From: an uncultured Eubacteriales bacterium
GTDB lineage: Bacteria > Acidobacteriota > Aminicenantia > Aminicenantales > Aminicenantaceae
Assembly (NCBI GenBank): GCA_964633715.1
Contig: CAZWHQ010000004.1
Span: 5,354 to 69,353 of the forward strand
Direction of reading: 5' to 3'
DNA length: 64,000 nucleotides
Shown: in pieces, positions 37,625 to 47,552 of the stretch
Numbering within the stretch: position 1 is the first letter of the stretch
How the letters are laid out: every line of letters begins with the position of its first letter
Notes under the pieces: model-generated
Seen by the model: only the letters and a program-made list of their open reading frames with translations
The model's database searches: none
Told to the model about the DNA's origin: nothing
Position numbers and translations under genes: made by a program

Positions 37625-38962
37625 TTAGGTTAGTTGGACATTTTTAACAAAAGATGGAATGTCCGAGGCCTCCTGGGGTCCCACGATGACCTCCCACCCC
37701 GGCAGGCTTTCTTCAAGATCTCCACTGATCTGTGAGACAAATCCTGGTATGACGATTTTCCGAGTTTTGACTTGATCTTCCAGTCCGATGTCTTTGATAA
37801 ATTTGGCAATGGTTTCCCCTACGAATTTTCCTGCGGCCCAGGCTGTAAGCACAGATTGGCCTTCGACATCCGTGATGACAAGGTGGGCCGATATTCCTGA
37901 GTTTTCAATCTCTCCTGAAACCATAAAATATGTGAGAGAAAAATTAGTGGTCACAAAAACAGGAGAATCGGGAGTGGGATCTCCGATCGGATAGATTCTG
38001 GGATCAACCTGAATGGGTTTTTGTGGATCGGTGAAAATGTTCTGACGCAAAGTAAACAAGGCATAGAGAAGCGCCTTGTTGTATTCGGGCAGTACGATGA
38101 TGGAATCGTATTTACACAAAAGCACAGACGCTTCGGCCAAAACATCATAAACAGAAGCACTTTGAATGTAGGAAAACAAAGGATAGCCAAAAGGTTTATA
38201 GCTGTTCTTCAAGGCACTTCGTCTCACTATGGTGTTGTTTTGGAGCTGGCGGCCTAAATTTTTCGCGTCCACATTGAGAATGAGGTCAGAAACACCCGCA
38301 GTGCGGGCCTTTTCAGACTGAGTTTTGAGGGATTCCAGAGAATCTGCAAAAAGGATAAGACTGGCGTTAAATGTTTTAGCCAGCACAAAATCTTCATCTG
38401 AGGCCGCATCTCTTAAGTAGATTGCCGGCCGAACGTCCTTGCATTTCTCCAGCCCTTTTTTTAGAAGTGTTGTGTCCTGGCAGTCGAGAATAATGCCTTT
38501 GGAGGACATATTTTGCACAGCATGGATGGTCTTGAGAAAATTGTCTTCATTTTTTGTGTTGTGCCGAATAAAAAACAGATCAATAAAAAGTTCTTCTCCC
38601 ACTCTTTCCACACGATAGTCCTCGAGTTCTTCAATTTTTTTCTTAAGATCGCCGATATCTTCTGAGGTGAGAAGTTCAATGGCGATTCCAGTCTGGTGAA
38701 AGAACGTTTTGTCATGCCGGAACAATACTGTTTCATTTCCGATTTCCAGCGTTTTGGCCCCGCCGATTTTAACCAATTTGATGGGAGGTTCACTGGCCGC
38801 ACCAAGAGAATCCTTTGCCTCATCTGAGGCAAAAGGACATTCGCCCAGTTCTGCTTTTTTCTGGGCCAGTTTCATGGCAAAGGCCATGCAGGTGGGGACA
38901 CCGCAGTCTCCACAGTTGGTTTTTGGCAGCAGTTTGAAGATATCCAGTCCAGAGAATGCCAT
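37625..38962 (-). CDS. acsC: Corrinoid iron-sulfur protein large subunit (AcsC/CdhE).
   Basis: N-terminal [4Fe-4S] motif CGDCGVPTCMAFAMKLA...C followed by a TIM-barrel corrinoid-binding body. 445 aa. Confidence 0.85.
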   Translation of the reverse strand: MAFSGLDIFKLLPKTNCGDCGVPTCMAFAMKLAQKKAELGECPFASDEAKDSLGAASEPPIKLVKIGGAKTLEIGNETVLFRHDKTFFHQTGIAIELLTSEDIGDLKKKIEELEDYRVERVGEELFIDLFFIRHNTKNEDNFLKTIHAVQNMSSKGIILDCQDTTLLKKGLEKCKDVRPAIYLRDAASDEDFVLAKTFNASLILFADSLESLKTQSEKARTAGVSDLILNVDAKNLGRQLQNNTIVRRSALKNSYKPFGYPLFSYIQSASVYDVLAEASVLLCKYDSIIVLPEYNKALLYALFTLRQNIFTDPQKPIQVDPRIYPIGDPTPDSPVFVTTNFSLTYFMVSGEIENSGISAHLVITDVEGQSVLTAWAAGKFVGETIAKFIKDIGLEDQVKTRKIVIPGFVSQISGDLEESLPGWEVIVGPQEASDIPSFVKNVQLT

Positions 38963-38963
38963 T

Positions 38964-39956
38964 TTAATTGTCCTTTTGAGTCAAAAACATGTCCTTAATT
39001 TTCCCTTTTACAGCCTTTACGGCTTCGGGGTGATACAGAATCAGGATGTCTGCTCCTGCAACCAGAAGGCTTATGGCGGTGGCGATTTCCCAGTGGGCGA
39101 GCCGTTCGGGAAGCTCCCCCCAATCGGGATTGGCCTCCATGTCTGTTCGGGCTTCTTTGATCAGGGACGTTTCATATCCGGGATTGACAAGCATCGGAGA
39201 TGAGAGCATCTTATCGCCTGAAAGACCATCTATCCGGATCCGTTCCATGATGGAGTAGGTGTACTCAAGTCCGTATCCGAGAGTTCCGGTCAGAGGATCC
39301 ATCACAATTCTATCCAGCGGAAAATCCATGTCGGCCAACAAGATGTTTAGCTGTTTGGCCAAGTTGACATCGATAGGGGATTGGGCCACAAGGGTGTGAT
39401 TGTAAGCGATGCACGCGGCGGCGATGGTTTTGTAGTTGTCTGTTTCGACAAAATTGAAAAGGCAGTTTTCTCCGGCCGTTATCTCACTAATTTTTTTCAT
39501 CACATTGTTGTTTTTTTCGAAATGGCTGTGACCGGTAATGATAAGAGGGACACTCACGCTTTGTAAAACATCCTGGACGATTTCAACCGCTTCCTCGACA
39601 CTCAAGTTTCCTTTTTCCGGGTGAGTCCCTTCCAGTCGTATTGAAATGAGATCGGCCCCATATTCATCGACACATTTCTTTGCCATTTCTCCTGGTTTGT
39701 CCAAGACGTCTTTAAAATAATCCAGCAGAGGCCGAGGGAATTTAGGCGGAACTCTATCAAAAACTTCCATGGCTACTACTGGAGGATAGGGAAATTGACC
39801 TTCAAAGAAATGGAAGGGCAGGGCCGTACTTCCTCCGACCGTCAAGGTAAAAGACCTGGTCCCGCCTAAATCGGCTGTGGCTCCAAGGCGGACGGAAACA
39901 ACTTGTCCTATATTGTTCTCTTTTGGGATTTCAAATACCATGGGTGTTGTCCTCAA
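38964..39956 (-). CDS. acsD: Corrinoid iron-sulfur protein small subunit (AcsD/CdhD).
   Basis: 330 aa with a pterin-binding-like TIM-barrel pattern. Position between acsC and cooC/acsB. Confidence 0.8.
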   Translation of the reverse strand: MRTTPMVFEIPKENNIGQVVSVRLGATADLGGTRSFTLTVGGSTALPFHFFEGQFPYPPVVAMEVFDRVPPKFPRPLLDYFKDVLDKPGEMAKKCVDEYGADLISIRLEGTHPEKGNLSVEEAVEIVQDVLQSVSVPLIITGHSHFEKNNNVMKKISEITAGENCLFNFVETDNYKTIAAACIAYNHTLVAQSPIDVNLAKQLNILLADMDFPLDRIVMDPLTGTLGYGLEYTYSIMERIRIDGLSGDKMLSSPMLVNPGYETSLIKEARTDMEANPDWGELPERLAHWEIATAISLLVAGADILILYHPEAVKAVKGKIKDMFLTQKDN

Positions 39957-39957
39957 A

Positions 39958-40713
39958 TTAATAATTTATAAAATTTTTCATCCATTTGTCGACAGCAAGT
40001 AGTGCCGGAGAAAAATCGGACAGTGTCCAGACTGACTCTCCATTTTTTTCCATGTCTAAAAGGGTGTTGTCTTCTGGGAGTGTCAAGCCCAATTCGAGGC
40101 GTTCTTCCTCGAGAGTCTGAGTTAATAAAGGTGGAACCTCTCCTTGAAGACGGTTGATAAATACGTCCTTCTTTCCAACTCGTATGTCCAGTTCACTCAA
40201 AAGACGGCTGATGTTTGCAGCTGTACGGATTCCTCTGACCGAGGGATCAGAGACAATGAGCAGGCGATCTATATTTAGGGTTGTTCGGCGGCTGAGGTGC
40301 TCCATCCCGGCTTCATTGTCGATGATGACATATCGATATTGGGCACTCAATGTCTGGAGAATATCCCTGAGGAGATTGTTGGCATAGCAGTAACATCCTG
40401 GTCCTTCCGGACGGCCCATAGCGATAAGGTCATAATCTGGTGTTTCCACAAGACTGGTCTGAATTTTATATTCGAGAAACTGGGCCTTGCTCATTCCTCC
40501 CGGAAGATTCGTAGGGTTCTGTTTCATTTCTTCTCTTATTGCTCCCACAGTGTCCTCAATCTCGAGTCCCAAAAGGACATTGAGATTGACGTTGGAATCG
40601 GCGTCGACGGCTAGAACAGATCTGCTTTTGTGTTGGCTCAACCAGCGGACCATCAGAGCAGCAATGGTACTTTTTCCTGTTCCCCCTTTTCCTGAAATAC
40701 CTATTGTTTTCAT
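39958..40713 (-). CDS. cooC: CooC/AcsF-type P-loop ATPase (nickel-insertion accessory protein, MinD/ParA superfamily).
   Basis: Deviant Walker A GKGGTGKST, 251 aa, between acsB and acsD. Confidence 0.8.
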   Translation of the reverse strand: MKTIGISGKGGTGKSTIAALMVRWLSQHKSRSVLAVDADSNVNLNVLLGLEIEDTVGAIREEMKQNPTNLPGGMSKAQFLEYKIQTSLVETPDYDLIAMGRPEGPGCYCYANNLLRDILQTLSAQYRYVIIDNEAGMEHLSRRTTLNIDRLLIVSDPSVRGIRTAANISRLLSELDIRVGKKDVFINRLQGEVPPLLTQTLEEERLELGLTLPEDNTLLDMEKNGESVWTLSDFSPALLAVDKWMKNFINY

Positions 40714-40724
40714 TGTTTTAGAAA

Positions 40725-42929
40725 CTAGAACAGAGGGGGCATGGAGAGTGCATGATGGTTGTTCTGTGTGATGAACTCCAGAACCTCTTCTTCGGTTATT
40801 GCAACTGTTTCATCGGCGATCGATTCAAAATAATTATCTATGCCTTGAGCTTTTCCGATATCCCGGAGAATAGATTCCAACTCTTCTTTAAGGCCTCTAT
40901 CCATCCAAACGATCCTTGGAGCGCCTCCCTCTGCGCTGATGAATTTTTGACTTCCGATATACTGCTTGCTGTGCCCGATAAATCCGGGTGTCTGGACTCC
41001 GCCTCCCACAGTTCCTGCCAGGGTCGAAAACTTCATGCCTATAGGTGTCATACCCATATAATCTCGATAGACTGTCATGATTCCATTTGTCGAAGGCAGG
41101 ATGCATGAAATGCACTCAAAACATCCACACGATGTCATGGGGAATTCGATGATGCTGTAGGCATTAAATGTATCCAAGGTTTTATGAGAATTGTTGTACA
41201 CAAAAGTGTTTATGTCCTGCCACTGCCCTTTGATAGGATCAGTGACTTTTCCCTTTTTTACGGGTTGGTTAGGGCCGGCCGGGCTGATTTGATGGGCCGC
41301 TTTGCCGTCCAACCAGTTGTAAGCACCGCACAATCCCGATCGCTCGGGGGTGATGATACAGATGTGATTTGGCGCAAATGACTGGCACAGCGCACAGGAA
41401 TAAAATGTATCGACAGCCTCATCGGTCATATTGGCCAGGCGAGCATCCCGATGGAGATACACTTCGCGGGCCTTTCCGATAAGAGTTTTGACGTCTTTTT
41501 CCACCGTGTATATTCTGATCTGGACCTTGTCGAAGATTTTTCCGAATTCACCATGGAGTTTGGCATGGAGGATAGAACCGAAATGACGAAATTTAAATCC
41601 TTTATCCTTTGTATCCTTTCCGATCCGGATCCAGTTGATATCCCTTTGGCCCATATGAAACACGCCGTTGGCGGCATTGATAAAATCATGTATGTGGCGC
41701 TCGAGAATGGGTTCAAAATCTGTCTGCATTTCACGCCCTGCCACTTCGGCCCAGATTCCGATGGGGATTTTACTCCCTGAAGGGACCTCGTCGATTTCCG
41801 GACCAATCACCTCAATTCTTCCGTCTTCGACTTCATCGAGTTCCTTGGTGGTCAAATATTCAAATCCCAGTTGTTCCTGCCCGCCCAATTCCACATACAT
41901 ATCTTCTTTCCTGATCCTTTCCCCCTGGAAAGCGGGTCCATAGGGGACAGGAATGGGAACTTTGGTGATGTTGAGTTTGAGTCCTCTGACCTCGATCGCT
42001 TTGGCGACAATATTGTCCAATGGGACAGGAGAGACAACATGCTCATAGGTGCAGATGCCTGAAGGAAGAATTTGATCGATATCTGTCTCCGAAATTGTGG
42101 GAAACCCAAAATTGAGGGTGCCTGCTGCCTGGGCGTGTTTTTCTTCGTCAACTGGTCCCAGTGCCAGCACAAAAGCGAACACGCGGTTTTTATTGTAGCG
42201 GAGAACTCTCTGGAAATCTCCTGGTTGTGCCCCTCCAAAGGAGAGGGCAACCCGCGTGGCAAAACCCAGAGAATGAACGGTGGCAGCCACATCATCACCA
42301 AAAGGAACGAGGCGTGTGTCCCAGCCCAACTGAATGCCTTCTTCGTGGAGCTGAGTGGCCATGGATTTTCCGTTTATCCCTGCTGACATAAACACATACA
42401 AGTTTTTTTCTTGAAGTTCGCGCGCAATTTTAACCGCCAGTTCATTAGTGGAACAGCAGCCAACACAGGCGGCAAATCCCGGAGCCGTCCCATCCACAAA
42501 CTCGATGCCTCGCTCGCGCATGATGACATCATTGGCTGCGCCCAGCCAGAGTTGGCTGGCGTCGGGGGTTGTTGTTGTAAGATAGGGAAGAGGAGTCTGT
42601 ATGTACTTGATGGCCTCGATGATTTCATCGGCAAACAATGTGGCCATTCCTGCATCCAGTGTGTGTCCGAGAAAAGGGAGCCATTTTTCCTTTTCCGGGA
42701 TTGGAGGAAGAAGATTCTGGGCTTCCTGGAGCAGCTCTTGAAGACCTGCTAAAGTTTCGATTTTCAGGCCAAGTATCCCGTGTGAGATGGGTAAAAAGTA
42801 GCCTGTATTGGGGAACTCGACTTTGGTCTCAGGGCTGTTGTTGACGATCGCTAATTTGAGTTCTTTTTCTGCACGGGAGACCAGGTTATGAGCACCTTGG
42901 ATGGCTTTTGTTGCGATGATTCTTGACAT
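40725..42929 (-). CDS. acsB: Acetyl-CoA synthase, bacterial-type (AcsB/CdhC; A-cluster subunit).
   Basis: 734 aa. Cys-Gly-Cys A-cluster bridging motif (SCGCFEC) plus the upstream Cys ligands. Bacterial length class. Confidence 0.9.
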   Translation of the reverse strand: MSRIIATKAIQGAHNLVSRAEKELKLAIVNNSPETKVEFPNTGYFLPISHGILGLKIETLAGLQELLQEAQNLLPPIPEKEKWLPFLGHTLDAGMATLFADEIIEAIKYIQTPLPYLTTTTPDASQLWLGAANDVIMRERGIEFVDGTAPGFAACVGCCSTNELAVKIARELQEKNLYVFMSAGINGKSMATQLHEEGIQLGWDTRLVPFGDDVAATVHSLGFATRVALSFGGAQPGDFQRVLRYNKNRVFAFVLALGPVDEEKHAQAAGTLNFGFPTISETDIDQILPSGICTYEHVVSPVPLDNIVAKAIEVRGLKLNITKVPIPVPYGPAFQGERIRKEDMYVELGGQEQLGFEYLTTKELDEVEDGRIEVIGPEIDEVPSGSKIPIGIWAEVAGREMQTDFEPILERHIHDFINAANGVFHMGQRDINWIRIGKDTKDKGFKFRHFGSILHAKLHGEFGKIFDKVQIRIYTVEKDVKTLIGKAREVYLHRDARLANMTDEAVDTFYSCALCQSFAPNHICIITPERSGLCGAYNWLDGKAAHQISPAGPNQPVKKGKVTDPIKGQWQDINTFVYNNSHKTLDTFNAYSIIEFPMTSCGCFECISCILPSTNGIMTVYRDYMGMTPIGMKFSTLAGTVGGGVQTPGFIGHSKQYIGSQKFISAEGGAPRIVWMDRGLKEELESILRDIGKAQGIDNYFESIADETVAITEEEVLEFITQNNHHALSMPPLF

Positions 42930-42931
42930 CC

Positions 42932-44866
42932 TTAAATCTCCAGGTCTCTTCTCATCTCCATATCATAGAGCACCCGTTCTTTCCCTTTACTGATACCTAG
43001 GGCCTCTCTTTTTTTGTCTATGTGGTCGATCATCAGTTCGGCCATTTTTTTAGGATCGGGTTCGACCGCCCATTTTCCTCCAAATAGGCTTTCAAAATCA
43101 CCAAAGATAAGACGGCAAAATTTATCGCTCCCTGTGACAGGGAGGCCTACGCCAAAAACAGTAAAAACTCCGGAAGCGACAAAATACTGGCCGATAGAGA
43201 TGGCTTTTTCGCTCATCCATTCGGGAGCGGCGCCGGCCACGGGCAGGTCTGAAATGTCTTCTCCCAATCCTCCTATTTTGACCATTTCGGACAAAGCCAT
43301 AAGGATACGGCTGTTGTCCACACAGGAACCGGAATGGAGTACGGGCGGCATGCCCACAGCTTTGCAGACTTCAGCCAGCCCCCTTCCAGCATATTTTTCA
43401 GCCGATTCGGGAATAAGATAGCCGGCTTTAGCGCAAGCAATAGCGGAACAGCCTGTCTGGACAACAAGGATATCATTGGCGATGAGCTCCCGGACTAAAT
43501 CCACATGAGCCTTATCGTGAGTGACCTTGGGATTACAGCAGCCGACAACTCCGGCCACACCCTTGATCCGGCCGTTGATGATGTTGTCATTAAGAGGAGT
43601 ATAGGAACCACGAAACTTGCCTCCCAACATATAGATGATTGCCTCGTGGCTGAATCCTGCGATCAGATCCATCTTTTCTTTGGGGATTTCCACCTGTTCC
43701 CTGTTGGGAAAATTGAGAATGGCGGTTTTGACGATTTTCTTAGCGGTTTCGTACGCGTTTTTGTCACCTAATTCATAGTATTCGGCGCCGGGGATCTGAC
43801 CTTTGCTCGATGTCGTGATGATCTGAGTGTGGAAACATTTACACAATTCCGGGAGTGCGGGCATGATGCACTGCACATCGACAATCATAGCATCTACGGC
43901 TCCTGTGCTGACTGCCAATTCCTGTTGGAGCACATTTCCTGCTACAGGGAGGCCGTGGCGGAGGAGAATCTCGTTGGCTGTGCAGCAGATTCCGGCAAGG
44001 TTAATGCCTGAGGCCCCGTTTTCTTTAGCCAGGTTTATAAGTGTCTTATCCTGAGCAGCCAGCACGAGCATCTCTGAGAGTACAGGTTCATGTCCGTGTA
44101 CGACAATATTCACCTCTGTTTCAGAAAGAACGCCCAGATTGACTTCTCCCCGGAGAGGGGAGGGTGTTCCAAAAAGGATATCCTGAAGTTCGGTGGCCAC
44201 CATGGAACCTCCCCAACCGTCGGCAAGGGCCGTTCGTGCCCCCTGGAGCATGATGTTTTTTGGATCGTGGTCCACTCCCATGGTTGTCCGGTGCATCATC
44301 TCGACGACTTCACGGTCAATCCCTCTGGGAGACACACCCAACTTATGCCATAAAGCCTGGCGGTTATCGGGAGCCATTTTGAGGAAATCCAACTCTCCTT
44401 CCTGCCTTCCGAAATTTTCGAGAGTTTCTTCCGCCACATCACGTGCGATATCTTCAGTCCTTCTGTCCTTTATATTGATTCCCAGTGTCTGCGCGATTGT
44501 ATTGAGCTTAACCTTGTCTTTTATTGAATAGGGAGATTCGGGATTGGTGGCTGCCTCGAGCAGTGTTTGAGCGACATCTCTGCCGTGGTCGGAATGCGCC
44601 GCCGCTCCTCCTGCGATTTTGCGTGCAAAATTGCGGGCTATGATCACCTCGGCGGTGGCCCCGCAAACTCCCTGTTGAGGGCTTTTGCCTTTTGGGTGGA
44701 TACGGCAGGGGCCCATGTAGCAGTTATTGCAGCAAAGCCCTTGTTCACCAAAACCGCAGTGTGGAGACTGTTTTTCAGCCCGGTCCCAGATTGTTTCGAT
44801 CCCTTTTTCGGCCGCTCTTTCTAGGGTTTGCTGAACTGTTTTATCGATACTTTTTTTCTCAGACAT
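42932..44866 (-). CDS. acsA: Ni-dependent anaerobic carbon monoxide dehydrogenase catalytic subunit (CooS/AcsA).
   Basis: N-terminal B- and D-cluster Cys motif (HCGFGEQGLCCNNCYMGPCR); 644 aa; hybrid-cluster/CODH family pattern. Confidence 0.9.
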   Translation of the reverse strand: MSEKKSIDKTVQQTLERAAEKGIETIWDRAEKQSPHCGFGEQGLCCNNCYMGPCRIHPKGKSPQQGVCGATAEVIIARNFARKIAGGAAAHSDHGRDVAQTLLEAATNPESPYSIKDKVKLNTIAQTLGINIKDRRTEDIARDVAEETLENFGRQEGELDFLKMAPDNRQALWHKLGVSPRGIDREVVEMMHRTTMGVDHDPKNIMLQGARTALADGWGGSMVATELQDILFGTPSPLRGEVNLGVLSETEVNIVVHGHEPVLSEMLVLAAQDKTLINLAKENGASGINLAGICCTANEILLRHGLPVAGNVLQQELAVSTGAVDAMIVDVQCIMPALPELCKCFHTQIITTSSKGQIPGAEYYELGDKNAYETAKKIVKTAILNFPNREQVEIPKEKMDLIAGFSHEAIIYMLGGKFRGSYTPLNDNIINGRIKGVAGVVGCCNPKVTHDKAHVDLVRELIANDILVVQTGCSAIACAKAGYLIPESAEKYAGRGLAEVCKAVGMPPVLHSGSCVDNSRILMALSEMVKIGGLGEDISDLPVAGAAPEWMSEKAISIGQYFVASGVFTVFGVGLPVTGSDKFCRLIFGDFESLFGGKWAVEPDPKKMAELMIDHIDKKREALGISKGKERVLYDMEMRRDLEI

Positions 44867-44966
44867 GAAGATTTTCCATCCGGATCGGTATTTTTAAAAG
44901 AGGTCAATTATAGCCTATTTTTTAAAGGTTGCCCAATGATTTTTAGAAAAGAGGTGTAGGATGTCT

Positions 44967-46019
44967 CTAAAAACGGAGCTGCTGGCTGAGGCGGGATAAT
45001 TCCTGGAAAATTTTATTCGATAATTCCACAGAGAGTGAGCCGGTTCCGCAGCTGGGTGTGAGGAGACATTGATCCCATATCAGATCCTTATCTATCCCTT
45101 TCTCTGCCAGATTGTCGATTCGCTCTTCCAGTTTTTTGTGCAATGAGCCGGTTGTCTCGACTTTAATTTTTTCAGATGTCGGGACGATTCCCCAAGCGAT
45201 AACACCCCTCTTTTCCAGAAAACCTTTGACCTGTTCGGGATAATAACCGATTGTGTCGCCGAATTCATAGGCGTCAAAACTGATGATGTCCACACCGGCA
45301 TCGATCAGTATAGGCCATTCTGTGTTCCCACAGCAGTGGGTGCCGACAAGAGCTCCTTCCTGATGAATAGCTTCGACCACTTCATTTAAATATTCGACCA
45401 CGTCTGCTTTCTGGAGACTGACATAGGTCGAAGAGCCAAAGGCCGACAGAATGGGTTCATCGACAAAACAGATTTGTTTAAATCCGAAGTTTTTGAATCT
45501 GTTCAGAAGCCAGCGGGCCTTCATTATGATCCCTTTGACCACCGTGTCCCTGAAGACGTCATTGTAATAGATGGCGCGTTTATTCTCATCAACGGTGGCC
45601 AGTCCAAAAGTGATAGGTCCTGTGACCTGGTGTTTGAAGAAGAGCAGGGAAGGGGGAAGCGCTGCTTTTAATTTTTCTTCCATGGCATAGAGCCCGCGGC
45701 TGAATTCGGGTGAAATACGGAAATAGTCGAGATTTTCCATTACGAAGTTTTCATAAAATTTTTCCAATTCACTTGTGGGATCCCCACTTGTGTCAATGAT
45801 CATCTTACTTTTGGCTTCATCAAGCACTACACATGGAAGACCTTCACTGTACTGGATTTCCATCTGCTCGCGAAAATTTGCATTAGACAACTGCGGCCAG
45901 ACTGGGATTTCGGGAATTGTCTCGAGGATCAGGTCACAAACCTTTCCGGCATCCAGATCAGGAAAACTCCCAATGCCGGTTGCCAGGCACTTTGGAAAAA
46001 ATGTCATTCTCTTCTCCAT
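44967..46019 (-). CDS. URO-D/CIMS-like zinc methyltransferase (core-MetE/MtaA-like; methylcorrinoid-dependent methyltransferase candidate).
   Basis: 350 aa. Zinc-site-like H-C-C (GTHCCGN) and CG (TPSCGTG) motifs resemble the C-terminal domain of cobalamin-independent methionine synthase and MtaA-type methyltransferases. Confidence 0.55.
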   Translation of the reverse strand: MEKRMTFFPKCLATGIGSFPDLDAGKVCDLILETIPEIPVWPQLSNANFREQMEIQYSEGLPCVVLDEAKSKMIIDTSGDPTSELEKFYENFVMENLDYFRISPEFSRGLYAMEEKLKAALPPSLLFFKHQVTGPITFGLATVDENKRAIYYNDVFRDTVVKGIIMKARWLLNRFKNFGFKQICFVDEPILSAFGSSTYVSLQKADVVEYLNEVVEAIHQEGALVGTHCCGNTEWPILIDAGVDIISFDAYEFGDTIGYYPEQVKGFLEKRGVIAWGIVPTSEKIKVETTGSLHKKLEERIDNLAEKGIDKDLIWDQCLLTPSCGTGSLSVELSNKIFQELSRLSQQLRF

Positions 46020-46798
46020 TTATTGGAATTATCCCCAATGAGAGAGTAGATGGTTTGAAATTCTTTTTTCAACAGAGAGTCCAGGTTGTCGTAGAGAGGC
46101 AAGCTGTCCCTATCAGAATGGCTGATGATCTGGCTGAAGGAGATTCTACCAAGGTACAAGTTCTCTGAAAATTGTTTCTGTATCCATAAAGCTTGATCTT
46201 TGTCCTGAATTTTATTTCCAATGACATTGAATTTTTCTATGCCGATTTCTTTGCCAAGTTTAATGATGGTTTTGGCCGTCTGGATGCTTCGCAGCCCGGG
46301 TTCTACGACGATAACCATGGAGTCTATAGACTGAGCGGTCGCTCTTCCCAGGTGCTCGATACCGGCTTCCATATCCACGATGATAATTTCATTTCTATTG
46401 AGCAAAATATCGGACAGGAGACTGCGGAGAAGGACATTTTCAGGGCAGGCACATCCATCCCCACCTTTTATTATGCCTCCCATTACTAAAACCTTGATCC
46501 CATGTACAGAAATACAGAAATTTTCGGGGATGTCACTGACAGTAGGATTAAGTTTAAATAGCTGCCCAAACTGCCGTGGCCTGGCTCCTGTGCGCTCCTG
46601 GATCAGCTTTCGCTGAGCAGAAATAGGGGAAACTGAAGCCAATAGTTCTTGAGATGCCCCTATGGCTTCTGCGAGGTTAGCATCGGGATCGGCATCTACG
46701 GCCAGTACCTCAAATCCGCTTTTTTTAAAAAAATGAGAAAGGACAGCAGCAATGGTTGTTTTTCCAGTCCCGCCCTTTCCCGTAATGGCTATCTTCAT
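46004..46798 (-). CDS. Second CooC/AcsF-type P-loop ATPase (Ni-insertion accessory).
   Basis: GKGGTGKTT Walker A; 264 aa; paralog of the 39958-40713 gene. Confidence 0.8.
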   Translation of the reverse strand: MKIAITGKGGTGKTTIAAVLSHFFKKSGFEVLAVDADPDANLAEAIGASQELLASVSPISAQRKLIQERTGARPRQFGQLFKLNPTVSDIPENFCISVHGIKVLVMGGIIKGGDGCACPENVLLRSLLSDILLNRNEIIIVDMEAGIEHLGRATAQSIDSMVIVVEPGLRSIQTAKTIIKLGKEIGIEKFNVIGNKIQDKDQALWIQKQFSENLYLGRISFSQIISHSDRDSLPLYDNLDSLLKKEFQTIYSLIGDNSNKWRRE

Positions 46799-46916
46799 CC
46801 AGTTATTCTAGAGAAATAAGTATATTTTATCAAATTTAGTAATCCTTCTTTACATTAAAATTGGGATATGGTAGATGAAGGGGGAAGAATAAAAAATTAT
46901 ATGTGAGGAGGAGCAA

Positions 46917-47552
46917 TTGGCAATATTAGAAGATTTGGCAGCAGAAGTTGTAAAAGGAGATGCAGATGCGGCAAAAAACCTTACAGAAGAAGCCTTAAAC
47001 CAGAATACATCGGCGGGAGATATTCTGAATTTGGGTTTGGTTGCGGGTATGAATGTTATCAGTCAGCAGTTTAAGAATAATGAGATTTTTATTCCAGAGG
47101 TACTAGTGGCTGCAAGAGCTATGAAAGCAGGAATGCAAATAATCCGTCCTCTACTCGCAGAGGCCAAAGTGGAATCCTTGGGGAAAATTATCATTGGCAC
47201 ATGCGGAGGAGATTTGCATGATATCGGAAAAAACATTGTCGCCATGCTGCTGGAAGGAGCAGGATATGAAGTCATAGATCTGGGTGCAGATGTTCCCAAG
47301 GAAAAATTTCTGGAGTATGCAGAAAAAGAAAATCCTGATGTTTTAGGAATGTCAGCTCTTCTTACAACAACGATGGTGTTTATGAAGGGGATGGTTGAGG
47401 CTCTTGAGGAATCCGGACTCAAGGAAAAAGTCAAAGTAATTATTGGCGGAGCACCCATCACACAATCCTATGCGGATGAAATCAGAGCGGATGGTTATGC
47501 ACCCGATGCCGCTTCAGCTGTGGATCTGGTTAAGGCCGTGATGGGAAGTTAG
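46917..47552 (+). CDS. Corrinoid (B12-binding) protein of methyltransferase systems (MtgC/MttC-like). Uses a TTG start.
   Basis: N-terminal helical cap and a Rossmann B12-binding domain with the DxHxxG motif (GDLHDIGKN). 211 aa. A GGAGGAG RBS precedes the TTG. Confidence 0.8.
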   Translation: MAILEDLAAEVVKGDADAAKNLTEEALNQNTSAGDILNLGLVAGMNVISQQFKNNEIFIPEVLVAARAMKAGMQIIRPLLAEAKVESLGKIIIGTCGGDLHDIGKNIVAMLLEGAGYEVIDLGADVPKEKFLEYAEKENPDVLGMSALLTTTMVFMKGMVEALEESGLKEKVKVIIGGAPITQSYADEIRADGYAPDAASAVDLVKAVMGS

